DNA of 64,000 bases from Amphiscolops sp. MND2022 (lineage: Eukaryota). Under the pieces are notes generated by a model. It did not search any database. It saw nothing but the letters and a program-made list of their open reading frames with translations, and was not told the DNA's origin. The position numbers were made by a program, and so were the translations under genes. Location of the stretch: positions 99,760,001 through 99,824,000 of the forward strand of contig OZ076409.1 in NCBI GenBank assembly GCA_964187785.1, in the 5' to 3' direction. Below are positions 53,601 through 64,000 of the stretch, piece by piece (position 1 is the stretch's first letter; each line of letters starts with the position of its first letter).

Positions 53601-54666
53601 CGTCACTTGATTCACTGCATCCAAAGGGAGTGGGGGCTCGAACTTTAGTCTGGAAGTGACTGGTCCTTGACGGGGCCACGGTCGGGGTGCCCTTTACTGC
53701 GTCCAACACCATTCGCTCCATCGTGGTATAAGACATTCGGATAGTCTCGTCAGTAAGGGACCTTAAGAGGTGGTACATCTGTGGCTCAGTAAAAGCCACA
53801 GTTGGATGTCCGAGGGGCAAAGAGAATGGCTGTGCATCGTCAAAGTAGGTTTTGAGGATGGCGCGAGTCCTACCAGATAATTCAGGAAGCCTGTCACCTT
53901 GCTGTCTCCGGGGCACACCGTCTTGGTCACTGAGCACCGATTGTGAGGGATTGATGCCAGTCTCACCCCCTGTTTCAGCTCCCGACTCAATCTCCAGTGG
54001 GTTGGTTCCGTACAAAGGAGGGCATCCTGCTAAGCTGCTTTCATCTGCAGTTTGCTCACTCCCACTGAAAACCGTAAGATAAAGGACTTTGGGCTTCTCG
54101 ACGGGTAGAGCAGGGACTTCGTACACTGAGGATTCGTTATCATCTCCAGATTGCGCCCTGGTTAAAGTTTCATCATTGGGAGGTGACGCTACAACGGCCA
54201 CAAGTTCCGGGAGCTGGGAATTGGACGAGGTGCCTACTCTGAGTCCAGACTCCAATGCAGACAAGTTACACTGGGTCAACACTTCCTCATCAGGGAGCAT
54301 TGGGGTACTTGTCCTGACTAGTTCCTGAACTAATGTTTCAGTCCTCTCCTGAGTTCGGTCATCCGCACCAGTGGAAGTGACAGTGGCAGTATCATCTGGG
54401 GAGCGAGCAATTGTCGTCTGAGCTTTCTCCATCATGTCTACCATCTCATCGGCGAAAGTAGTCACATCAACCTCGCTATCCGTGCTCCCTTTGGTCTCTT
54501 GGGATTGCGTTAGAACAGAGGTATGAGGAGCTGACACTACAGTTTCAACAGGGTTGTCTAGACTTAGGTTGGCTGGGACTTGGGTCTCATCACTTGTCTG
54601 GTTTTCTAAACAGAAGGAGATGAAATTTGGCGGTATGCTTCCTTGATAGAAATCCATTTGCCGCAT
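50615..54666 (-). CDS. Five-exon antisense gene, 1232 aa: acidic/disordered N-terminus, BED-type zinc finger, degenerate hAT-transposase-like region. Exons 54666-52708, 52631-52146, 52048-51914, 51803-51722, 51651-50615
   Basis: Four introns (76, 97, 110, 70 nt) with donors GTAAGT, GTAATG, GTAAGT, GTTAGT and pyrimidine-rich YAG acceptors join four track ORFs plus an 82-nt exon into one stop-free frame of 3699 nt. Zinc-finger motif VWCHICKRNF...ILRHHRSERH. Confidence 0.85.
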
Positions 54667-55721
54667 TAGAAAACTTCCGGAAGTGTTCGAAATTCTGAAC
54701 GGACGTGATCAACACGTGTTCACCAAGTAGTGGAAACAGGAAGCAATTAGTGAACAAACTTAGCTCTGATCAAGTTAAACTAGTTCAAAAATATGAAAAC
54801 CCAGACCAACCTGCTTTTGAAGACATTCTGTTGTGGAAGAATTCGTCCTAAGGGATTCTATCCAAATTCGGATGAAGAGTATGGGGAAGACGGCCGAACA
54901 CGGCTGATGAAAGAAAGAGGCTCGGAGGACTCCGTAAAGGGAAGAAGAAGCCAGCAACGAAGTTGAAGACCCAGATAAGGAAAGCGGAATAGCAAAGACT
55001 GAAGGATACAAATGTAAACAATTTAAATGGTAATGGAACTAAATGCGTGTTAACAATTGAAAGGAGATAAAAGTTGGAGGTCGTGGCTGAAGAAATTACC
55101 AGACTAATATTATTTAATTATCTACATATTTATTCGGTACATGGAGTCTGCCAGCGAAATGTACAAAGAACTTTGCTATTTACAGCTTAACTAGTTAGAG
55201 GCCGGTTATGGCCAGTTAACCTATTTTGTTCTGTCGTTTTGTCTAGTTACCCTAATTACCTTAGCTGAATCTTCGCCATTTTAGTTATTCAAATTATTAT
55301 TTTTCGCCATCTTTATTATTCCTTTTTCAAATTTATCGAAGCTCAAATTTGATTGGCTGAAGCCATTTTAGTAGGCTTTATCTGACGCGTGCCGTTAATT
55401 GCTATCAAGCTTGATGTTAATTACCCTCTTGAAGTGGAGTTATTTGTTGTTGTTAACTTAACACCTCTCTGATTACCTACTTGAGAGGGTGGGCTCGGGG
55501 GGCAGCGTTCCGATATTCAAAGGGTGAACCGCCGCTGAGAAACCCCATTCAGAAAAGTTTACGACGGATCAGACCGATTAACCAAAGATTCTGCCGCTGA
55601 AACGAAACCCCGGGAAAACGGCCCAAGTCGGCCTGAGGAGAGTTTTATAAATTCATTCAACTTTGAATCTCACTTGCAGCTAGTTGCCTTCATAAACTTC
55701 AAAATAGCTAAAAAATTCATC

Positions 55722-56504
55722 ATGGATAAATACGCAAAATCTGGAAAGCTCTTCGAGATGGCTGAACTGGACTCAGACTCATCAGGCGATTCAGTCATTT
55801 ACATAAGCAGCGATGAGGAAACCTCAGTTGATTTGGACTCAGACTGGTCGACGGACACGGACGAAATGATCAGAAGGGTGGAGAAGCAGGTAGTGTCCAG
55901 CCCCATTCTAATTGCCGGACGTGTCATGACGACTAGCAGTATGGAGGAAGAAATGGTCACAGGACCAAGCACCAGACAGCCGGGGCAAGATGTGACTCCC
56001 AAGTTAGATACAAAATACTTTGATCACGAAAGGTGCTATGCCCCGCCAAAGAGAGCGGAGAAATCACGAATTGAGCTCTGCAAGACGCTGCTACCAGTGC
56101 TAGAATCACCGATGTCTCCACCAATCCATGAGAGGGGGCCAAGCCAGGACACTCCTCTGGTCCAGCCCGCAGTAAGTGATTTTCATGTGTCTTATCACGT
56201 GCAGAACTCGGTGCCCTACCAAAATGTCAGCGAGACCCAATATACTGGGTGTATGGTTTGCGGCCGCTCTGTAGATGCAATCAAGAGTGAGAGAGTCAGA
56301 TGGTATATGGAACGATCCACCCCAAGGAACGAGCCCGAGCACATCACGAAGTTGAGGAAAGAAGCCTACGAGAATGGGCTTAATGCAGGATGCTTCCTTT
56401 TCATAACACCCGCAGTGTCGCAGGCTGCCGCCTGTGACGCCACGACAGTAACTACTTCGGCAGTTGGTCAAGAATATGTACCCGGAACCTTACCTATTTA
56501 TTAA
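55722..56504 (+). CDS. Accessory ORF of unknown function, 260 aa, ending inside the 3' LTR
   Basis: First ATG of ORF 55674-56504; GC-richer than its flanks. Acidic N-terminus with VIYISSDEE, and a CMVC motif. Confidence 0.7.
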   Translation: MDKYAKSGKLFEMAELDSDSSGDSVIYISSDEETSVDLDSDWSTDTDEMIRRVEKQVVSSPILIAGRVMTTSSMEEEMVTGPSTRQPGQDVTPKLDTKYFDHERCYAPPKRAEKSRIELCKTLLPVLESPMSPPIHERGPSQDTPLVQPAVSDFHVSYHVQNSVPYQNVSETQYTGCMVCGRSVDAIKSERVRWYMERSTPRNEPEHITKLRKEAYENGLNAGCFLFITPAVSQAAACDATTVTTSAVGQEYVPGTLPIY

Positions 56505-58261
56505 GAACTTACAATTGATATCAAACTTTCACGCCATTTTGTTATTTTGTGCATTATGATCATTGATGATGCTCATTTTATATACAATTAGTCTGTTAAA
56601 TCTAACAATTGGAAATTTCAATCGAGTTGGTGGAGTTGTAAGGCGCTAATTTAAAGCGATAAAAAATACAATGAAACGAGCAACTGTAAGGCAGTAAAGG
56701 AAACGTGTTCAAGTGACGAACAGCACTATACCGATTGCGTCACTTGAGCACGTTGCCTCAGCCAATCACATCGCAGTATATAATCTTGCCTATTGATGAT
56801 ACCTAACTAATGGCCGAGTAAGGCCAGTTGCCGTGCTTTAATATTTCTCTTTTAATATACTGGTCAAATGGACGGTTCCGTCCCCTTAGTTCAAGACTGA
56901 AATAAGGTGATAATTAACATGAAACAAGTCAAGTTTGTTGAATTTGTGTTTTCATAATAGCCAGATCTCTGTTCATAACTGATGCTTCGTCTTAATACTC
57001 AACCTTTTGCTAGGCCCTTAAGGCCATATTTCATTAGTACTTGCCTATTAATTAGCCGGCTATTTCCGGCCATTGAAGTTGTTACGTTCCTTTGAAAAGT
57101 GATGCAGTACATATATTTGGGGCTAATCGGTTAATCAACGCATATAATTATTAACATGACAATTGGCCGTATTAGGCCTAATAACATGATGTGCTTCACA
57201 CTGTTGCAAAGCTAATTTTAGGTCACGTGGTGGCACGTGCCTGAAAGGAATGTGTGCAATGTTATTTATATTCATGATGAGTGCTAGTTCCTTTGATAGA
57301 CGGAAATTTCATTTGATGCACTAGTAAATATTTTGATGCCGCCTTTGATGAATGAATAGTTGTGATTGTAAAATGCTAGGAATTTTCCCAATCGGGACAT
57401 CACCCTAAAATAGTTGCTTTGAAGTATTAATACCCGATGCCGTAATAATATTTGTCACATGACCCGTTGAGGACATAACCACATGATATTATCTTGATCA
57501 AAGAATCCGTGGAATGTAAGTGTCATCTTTCAGGAGTATATATAGTTACTTTCCTGCAAAGGGGGACACAATTTCCATAACCTTGCTTTGATAAAGATCG
57601 AATTATTACAACGACGTTTGTCAGTTTTCCGGTTTTAATAATTGAATTATTCAACCCGGTTCAATTTCAATGCCTACTACAAGGAAACAAAAGAAAGCGA
57701 GAAAATCAAGAGAGGCAGAAATGTTGTCAGATATTGAGAATTTAGACATAATGCTTGGAGGAAATCATTACAATAGAAATGAAAGAAGTGAGAGTCTAAA
57801 TAGTAACCAGGCCAGAAGACCAGGTAGTCCTTTTGGCGACGAATTTGAAAATGAGGATGAAAATAGGTTATCTAACTCTGAGAACAATGGACCTAGTCCA
57901 AATGCCGAACTAGGCCAGAACTCAGCTAGAGGTAGTTCTAACGCCGAGATCAACAGATTGTCGAGTGAGTTGAATTCCCGTATATCTCGGGAGATGGATG
58001 AGATGATGAACAGCGTCAGTGTGCAGATTCAGAGAGCTATAAGTGAGGCAATTAGTAATCAAGTTCTTCCCCAGATTCAAAATGCCCTTATGGCCGATTC
58101 CGGACATATGACCAAAGAGAGATGGAACATACCGTCCGAGAGACTGGAAGGATATTCCGAAGTTCTACGTAATGCGGACTCTAGAAACAATTTGAAGAGT
58201 AAGACACTTGGTAATCGTGAGAAGGACGGATTCATATTCTCAGATACTCGTGCTTACGACA
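56416..58261 (+). repeat. 3' LTR (1846 bp)
   Basis: Direct repeat of 42152-43997. Its gag 5' copy (57670-58266) is closed by the TAG in the TSD. Confidence 0.95.
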
Positions 58262-60059
58262 ACTAGGAAATCCGGAATTTTTGTGAATTCATATCTCCGT
58301 CTTTCTTTGAGCCTGTTTCAGCAGCCATATTACTGCTGGAAATAGTGGTCATTGTCCCGGTTTGGGCAATGCTCCAGCTCGAAGCTTTTCTGACGCCGTT
58401 GTTGGAGACGGTTTTGCAAATGAAAGAACAGTTTAATCAGTGCATCCCTATATAAACAGCATAAGGACTCTCCAATCAAATTTTATACCTCGCTAACAGG
58501 AAATTTTTAATGTCTGACAATATAAATCTGTAAAAATGTTGATTTTTGTTGACTTCCTTCTAGATTTTTTTCTGGCCAAATACGATTTTGTAATAAAATT
58601 TTTCTTGGGAACCTGGCTTTCTTGATAAGATCTTACCATGAAAACTTGCAATTCTTGGAAATATCTTGGCAAGATCTTAGCTAAGATTTTTCCAAGATCT
58701 TGGCAAGATTTTGCCAAGATCTTACTAAGATATCCATGGAGGGTCGACCCGTGTTAAGAATACGTTATCATTCATTATTTTCGCTCTTTTTAGCGACAAT
58801 AATCATGATATTAGGAGCATGATTCAGCTTTATACTCAAAAACGAAGATTAGATCTAGTGTTTAGCTGTTAGGGTGAGATTAAAGACCTTGAACTAGCTG
58901 TTTTTGTTTGAATACTAACATTTTCTCTTAGGTTGTAACACTCGTTGTTTGGTTTATTTGACCGCTCCGATAGAGCCCCCAAACAAATCTTGCAAGAAGA
59001 TAATTTCTCATCTTTGTGCAGTAGGATTAACCTTTTGTTCAGATTAGATTCGAAAAGACACTTACTTGCTGACAAACAAAAGTATGCAAAATTTGAAGAT
59101 AATTTGGGCGTTATGAATTATGACTTAGGTTGTAGTCAATAATTAAATACTGTCACAATTTGATACTTAACTTTCTAAATTGTACAAAGGTCAAATATAT
59201 TTTTAGAACAGGCGAGAATGGGCACGCAAACATCTGTCATTTTGCCACTTTTGTAAAAAAAATATTTATAGGCTGTACCGACTTTTCCCTCGAAATTTCC
59301 GAACGATGCAACGTTTGTAAGAATTTTGCAAAAATTTGTGCATCTTTCGTATAGTTTTTAGCTGGAATTTGCAAGAATCTTGTAAAAATCAGTGTGGGAT
59401 AATGCGTTTTTAAACATGATCTTCGTTCTCTTCAAAAGATTCTTTCCCATTTGTGAATGAAAAACTGATTCTGATGATTATGAATTTAATCGCAGTTTTA
59501 TATAAGGAATACAGTCTTTTGTTGCGTGGAATCTAACTGAATCCTGTTTAAATGCTGAACAGTAGCAAAAAAGAACAAAATTGTCCAAAAATCTTTCTGA
59601 ATCAATGTTTGGATATGGCAATACGTCTCCATTGATACAAAAAAGTTCAAGTTTTTTGCCAATTATGTCGGTTGTTTTTGGACAACCTTTTTTCCCGACC
59701 CAAAATTTGTTTCTTAGATGACCTTTTGGAGTTTTTCGGCACTGTGCGACATTCATTCAAATCATTTTCTCTACAAAGGGTCTTTTTGATTTTTTTGATG
59801 TTTTCAGTGAAAAAAGCCCTTGGTAGTCCGGAATGTTTTTAAAAAGCCATTCTTCGCGCTTTCTGAGCCGAATTGGGCCGTTCCCGGTTAGTTTTTTCGA
59901 CAATAGTGTTTGGAAAATTCATTCTGTTGAAAAATCAAAAGATCTCCGATTTAGAACTATGCGGTGTTTTCGAAATAAAGAAAAATATAATTTGCAAAAA
60001 TGTTTTTTGTTATTCAATAATACTTTTTTTCAAGAAAAAATCAATCTTGGATAACTCAC

Positions 60060-60195
60060 CGTCGACGGAAGATGGAGATTTATTTTGGGAGCCTTGAGAA
60101 GATTTGAGAAGAGGCGTGGCTAAAACTGTCCATATAAGGAGCAGGAAAGTTTGCATCAAGAACAGGATGCGGAAAATATGATTGGTTATCTTCAT
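60060..60195 (-). CDS. Possible first coding exon of a secreted protein
   Basis: MKITNHIFRILFLMQTFLLLIWTVLATP is signal-peptide-like and is followed by a consensus GTGAGT donor; CRE-like tgacgtca ~20 bp upstream. No downstream exon securely identified. Confidence 0.35.
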
Positions 60196-61538
60196 TCTGG
60201 TCAAACCAAATGAATGACGTCACGTTTATTACGTCACAGGACAAGAGCAGACAACGTTGTAAATGAAAGATGGCGAGAACTTCAGAAATGCCGGGGCAAG
60301 ATCCATCATTTCATCATAACACGTCCACTTTGATTACTCTCGTTTTCATTTCCAAGAAGCTGAAAAATAATCAGGTATTAAAATATTTGATAGGCAAATT
60401 CTGAAAAAAAAGTCATTAAAACTCAACGCTCTGGTAATTTAATGAATTGTTTTGGACCAGGAAAAACCGGGATTGCAATCAGGATGAAAGTTGAATAGAT
60501 TAAAGGAATTTCGTCTGGCTGGAATTTTTCCCGTGATTGCGATGATCCATTTTTTCCAGGGAGAACTTTGTCTGCTATTGAGAGGTACTTTGGTAAAAGG
60601 GGGGTACTAACGAGGTCTTCATTGGATTTCGAGATAGATCTAAGCTCAAAATTAAGCCAACTTTTCTAAACTAAGATAGATAGTAAAAGGTAAGTTTGAA
60701 GCATCCATGTTAAGTAGAAGTCTTGGAAAACAAGGAATGAACAAAAAAGTTTTCACTCGATTTAGCCAAAAATTGCTACTACTTGGAAAGGGGAAGTCAT
60801 TTTATTTGAGCGAAGTTTTTATACTGGAAAAACTCCAACTTTTCCAATTTTTTCTGTACTTGAAAAGTACAATCGTCCAAATTTTTTGGCTCCGAAGCTT
60901 AATATCTCACTCAGCATTTCACTTGTGTATGACAGTGTTTTATTTACTATTTTTTTCTATTGTGTTACTAGTTTATTTTACTTTTCAATTTATTTTAATG
61001 ATCTTGACAAGCGTTCCATGTATCACGATTTGCCATGATCTTGACAAAGGAACCATGGTTAACCATGATTTAGCAAGATTAACCATGATCATTGCAAGCG
61101 TTCCATGGCTTCGAACACTGGGAATCGTATGGTAGACCCATCGCTACAAAATCAGTCTGATTAATTACACTTGGCCTTATTCTAAACCAGATTTATGGAA
61201 GTTTTTTTGATCTCTGAAATTACATGCGCAATAAGAGGCGGTCAATTTAATCAAAGCTGGGCTAGAATTTTTCAGGAAAACAGCTACCGAAAAAGTTTAG
61301 TGCCATTATCCGAAAAATAGATTTCTTTAACTTGCTACCAGTTGAAAAACTTTTTAGCAAGTCGTTGGCTATGAAGTCTACATTTCGCTTGCTTTCTTTG
61401 TTCTGGCATGTTGCTCGAAAAATATTGCAAAAAACTTTATTTTTTTAAAGACGTTTCCATGTTTTTACAGAGTTAGGAACCACCTAAAAAGCAATCATCA
61501 CGAACTAATTGACATGGCGTGAAACGATATTAGACTGA

Positions 61539-62020
61539 AACAAGACGAGAACGTCTACAGTCGGCGCTATATCTAAGGCTCAAAAAGCGCAAAACATTTT
61601 TTTTGGAAAAAAACTTGAAATTTTCGAAAATTTTTCTCTTTCGGAAAATGTCGCACAGTGCCGAAAAATGTAAAAGGGGGACCCTTTTTGGTTTATAAAC
61701 ATGCATTCTGTTGCAAAATAACAACTCAAAGGGTGGACCCTTTGGGACATTAAAAAATTTCCAAAAAAAAAATTTGCACAGTGCCGAAAAAAATCAAAAG
61801 GGGACCCTTTAGTCTCGGCCGGTTTTGTAGGTTACGATAAAAATGGACTGGCTGAAAGGGGGGACCCTTTGCACTATCTTGAATGCGCTGCCAGTATTTT
61901 AGTAGTACTGTAATTAGTAGTTGAACGTTAATTTTAACGTTCGTCGCTTCGAGTCTGTCTTAAAAAAACGAGTGACTGTAATAGTCGGGCTCTTTTATTA
62001 ATAAAAGCGCAGACTAAAAA
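61539..62020 (-). mobile_element. Helentron/HINE-like repeat, same family
   Basis: aacaagacgagaacgtct hairpin and agtcggcgc at one end, gcgcagactaaaaa at the other. Confidence 0.65.
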
Positions 62021-63270
62021 CTTACCCAACTTTTATCAGAAGCACATTATTGGCATATTTTTGACGAGGCCCAAAGATAAACGAGTTATAAATGTTTTTT
62101 TTGAAAAGTACTTTTTGCTCTACAGATCTGAGAATGGTAGGAATCCACGAAATCCGGTTATTCCAGACCACCAATGCTGAACCAAACATTTATGACGGGA
62201 ATTAATTGAAAACAATAAAATGTTTTGGGTTTATGGCTCATAATAGCGTCAGAATTCCAAAATTCTCGCTCGAGCGAGCCTAGAAAATCATTCGAAAGGT
62301 GGAGTTTCCACCAATGTTTTTGTAACGTGCAATGAACCGCTTCAAAAGAAAGGTTGAATGGTTGCTTTAATTCACTTTATTTCGTCTTAAATTCTTTCTC
62401 CATCGCTTCCGTAACATTTCTAGGCTTTTGTGAAGTAAAACAAATGATTTTCAAACGGTCAAAAGAGTCCGAATATTCGTAGTGAGTCACCGATTTCTAA
62501 ATGGAAGGCTATTTTGAGACAAAGAATAAAATCAAGGTCAGAAATGATAGCCTTAGCAAATACAATCATTAGAAATAAAATTTCTTTGGAAATAAATTTT
62601 TCATACGAGAGTTAAAACTTCGAATAAAACTCTAGAATCAGAGGACATTTCATTTCATTGATGAGATTGGTTTTTGGAGTTCCTTACTTTTGAATGTGAA
62701 AAGACATTTGTTTACTAGCGAATTGGAAAATGCTTATCATTTCAATTCCTTTTTTCAAAAATAGGCCCCTCCGGGGCTCAGTACTATTTCTGCTTTAATC
62801 TTTATTTTTTTAAAACAAAAAATCATTAATAAAAGAATCATATCTGGAATACCAATACACTCCTGTTTAATCATTACTTAGAGCACAATTAATCACTGTA
62901 CAAGTTTACACCGCCTTTTATTCTTCTCGGACTAAAGAAAATATAACTAAGCGTAGACGAAGTTTCGCATTCGCATTTGAATGCAGGCGAAGCTCTCAAC
63001 GAACGAATAATTAACACTCATTCGCTTCATCTCAATGACGTCAGCATACGAATGGATAATTACCACTCGCTCGTTCTATCGCACTAGAATTGAATTGTTG
63101 TCGGCAGCTTTCCCACGCTTACACTCACTGCCGAACAAAATATCTGAATTATTCAGTAGGACGAAATTTGACGACTGAAAAAAAAAAGGACCAACTTTGA
63201 GGTTACAATAACATTCCTGCTAAAGCAGAAATATTAAAAATTGATAAAAATACATGATGTATTGAACTTG

Positions 63271-63505
63271 TTTTTAGTCGGCGCTTTTTCCAAAAAAAGT
63301 ACGGATATAACGTATAACGTTGCAAAGATCGCATGTAACATTTTCAGAGTTGAGATATAACGCTTTCAAACTCCGGATATAGCGTTTTCAAAGTTCGGAT
63401 GTAACATTTTCAAAGTTCGTTTATAACGTTTTCTTGACACGTTGAAGTCCTTTTGCTGTTTTTGAGCCTTAGATATGCGCCGACTTGGGCTGTTCCCTGC
63501 TTGTT
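63271..63505 (+). mobile_element. Short Helentron/HINE-like element with internal ~21-bp tandem repeats
   Basis: Sub-terminal inverted repeat agtcggcgc (63276-63284) / gcgccgact (63477-63485), then a short hairpin and cttgtt; T-rich ends; internal gatataacg..ttcaaa repeats. Confidence 0.65.
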
Positions 63506-64000
63506 CTGATATTCCACTGCGAAATGGGTCTCTTCATCCATCCAAGAGTGCCTGCCCACGTTTACAGGCCATGATTCTCAATCCATGATTCATCCATGAT
63601 TAATGGGTTCGTCATGCCGGGAATCATTCCATGATCATGACAAGATATCCATGGTTCATGGATGATCATGGATGAAAAGCCATGGTTCCTTGCGTAGTCA
63701 CGGATAAAAAGCCATGCTGTCGTGAATCATTATTAACGAAAATGCAAAAACGCTCCTAATTTTTTTTGGTAAACGTGATGCACTTAAAGTCCACTAAAAT
63801 AGAGAATAAGTGAACTGAATTTAAAAGTTCCGCGTCTAAAAACTATTATTTGTCAATTCGTACCAACGTTGTTTTATATAAATGCAGCGTTATGATTCTG
63901 ATTTACCAAATTAAATTCAAAACAATCTTTGAATGTTTCACGGAGTTAATATTGTCACGACCCGCTCCCGGTCGTAATTTCACTTGCTGCTCTGGCATAA

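Larger units (their letters stand above)
42152..58261 (+). mobile_element. 16.1-kb Gypsy-superfamily LTR retrotransposon with accessory genes
   Basis: 1846-bp LTRs (TGTCG...CGACA) at 42152-43997 and 56416-58261 with 3 differences seen. TSD ACTAG at 42147-42151 and 58262-58266. TGG-starting PBS at 43998. Domain order PR-RT-RH-IN. Confidence 0.97.

Noticed and set aside
55722..56504. env gene in the usual third-ORF position
   Set aside because: No signal peptide, transmembrane segment or fusion-protein features visible.
57670..58266. Independent 198-aa gene
   Set aside because: It is the LTR copy of the gag 5' end, terminated by the TAG in the TSD.

Overview
Eukaryotic, AT-rich, transposon-dense animal (invertebrate-type) DNA. 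It contains one convincing two-exon host gene for a secreted two-domain protein (11108-13133) and three full-length LTR retrotransposons. (1) A BEL/Pao element (13958-23569, +) is flanked by a 1085-bp duplication instead of a short TSD, and carries an extra SGNH-esterase-like ORF and three co-varying RNA stem-loops upstream of gag. (2) A Mag-like Gypsy element (35776-41721, -) has 205-bp LTRs and a CTGAT TSD. (3) A young 16.1-kb Gypsy element (42152-58261, +) has 1846-bp LTRs and an ACTAG TSD. The third element is the most unusual. Its gag starts inside the LTR. Besides gag and pol (joined by a -1 slippery site), it carries an open five-exon antisense gene (4 GT-AG introns, 1232 aa, BED-type zinc finger plus degenerate hAT-transposase-like region) and a divergent ~260-aa accessory ORF ending inside the 3' LTR. 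The rest is a ~2.2-kb duplication, a CR1/L2-like LINE 3' end, pogo and hAT relics, several MITEs and a recurrent Helentron/HINE-like family. All calls come from reading the sequence by eye; no database searches were run.
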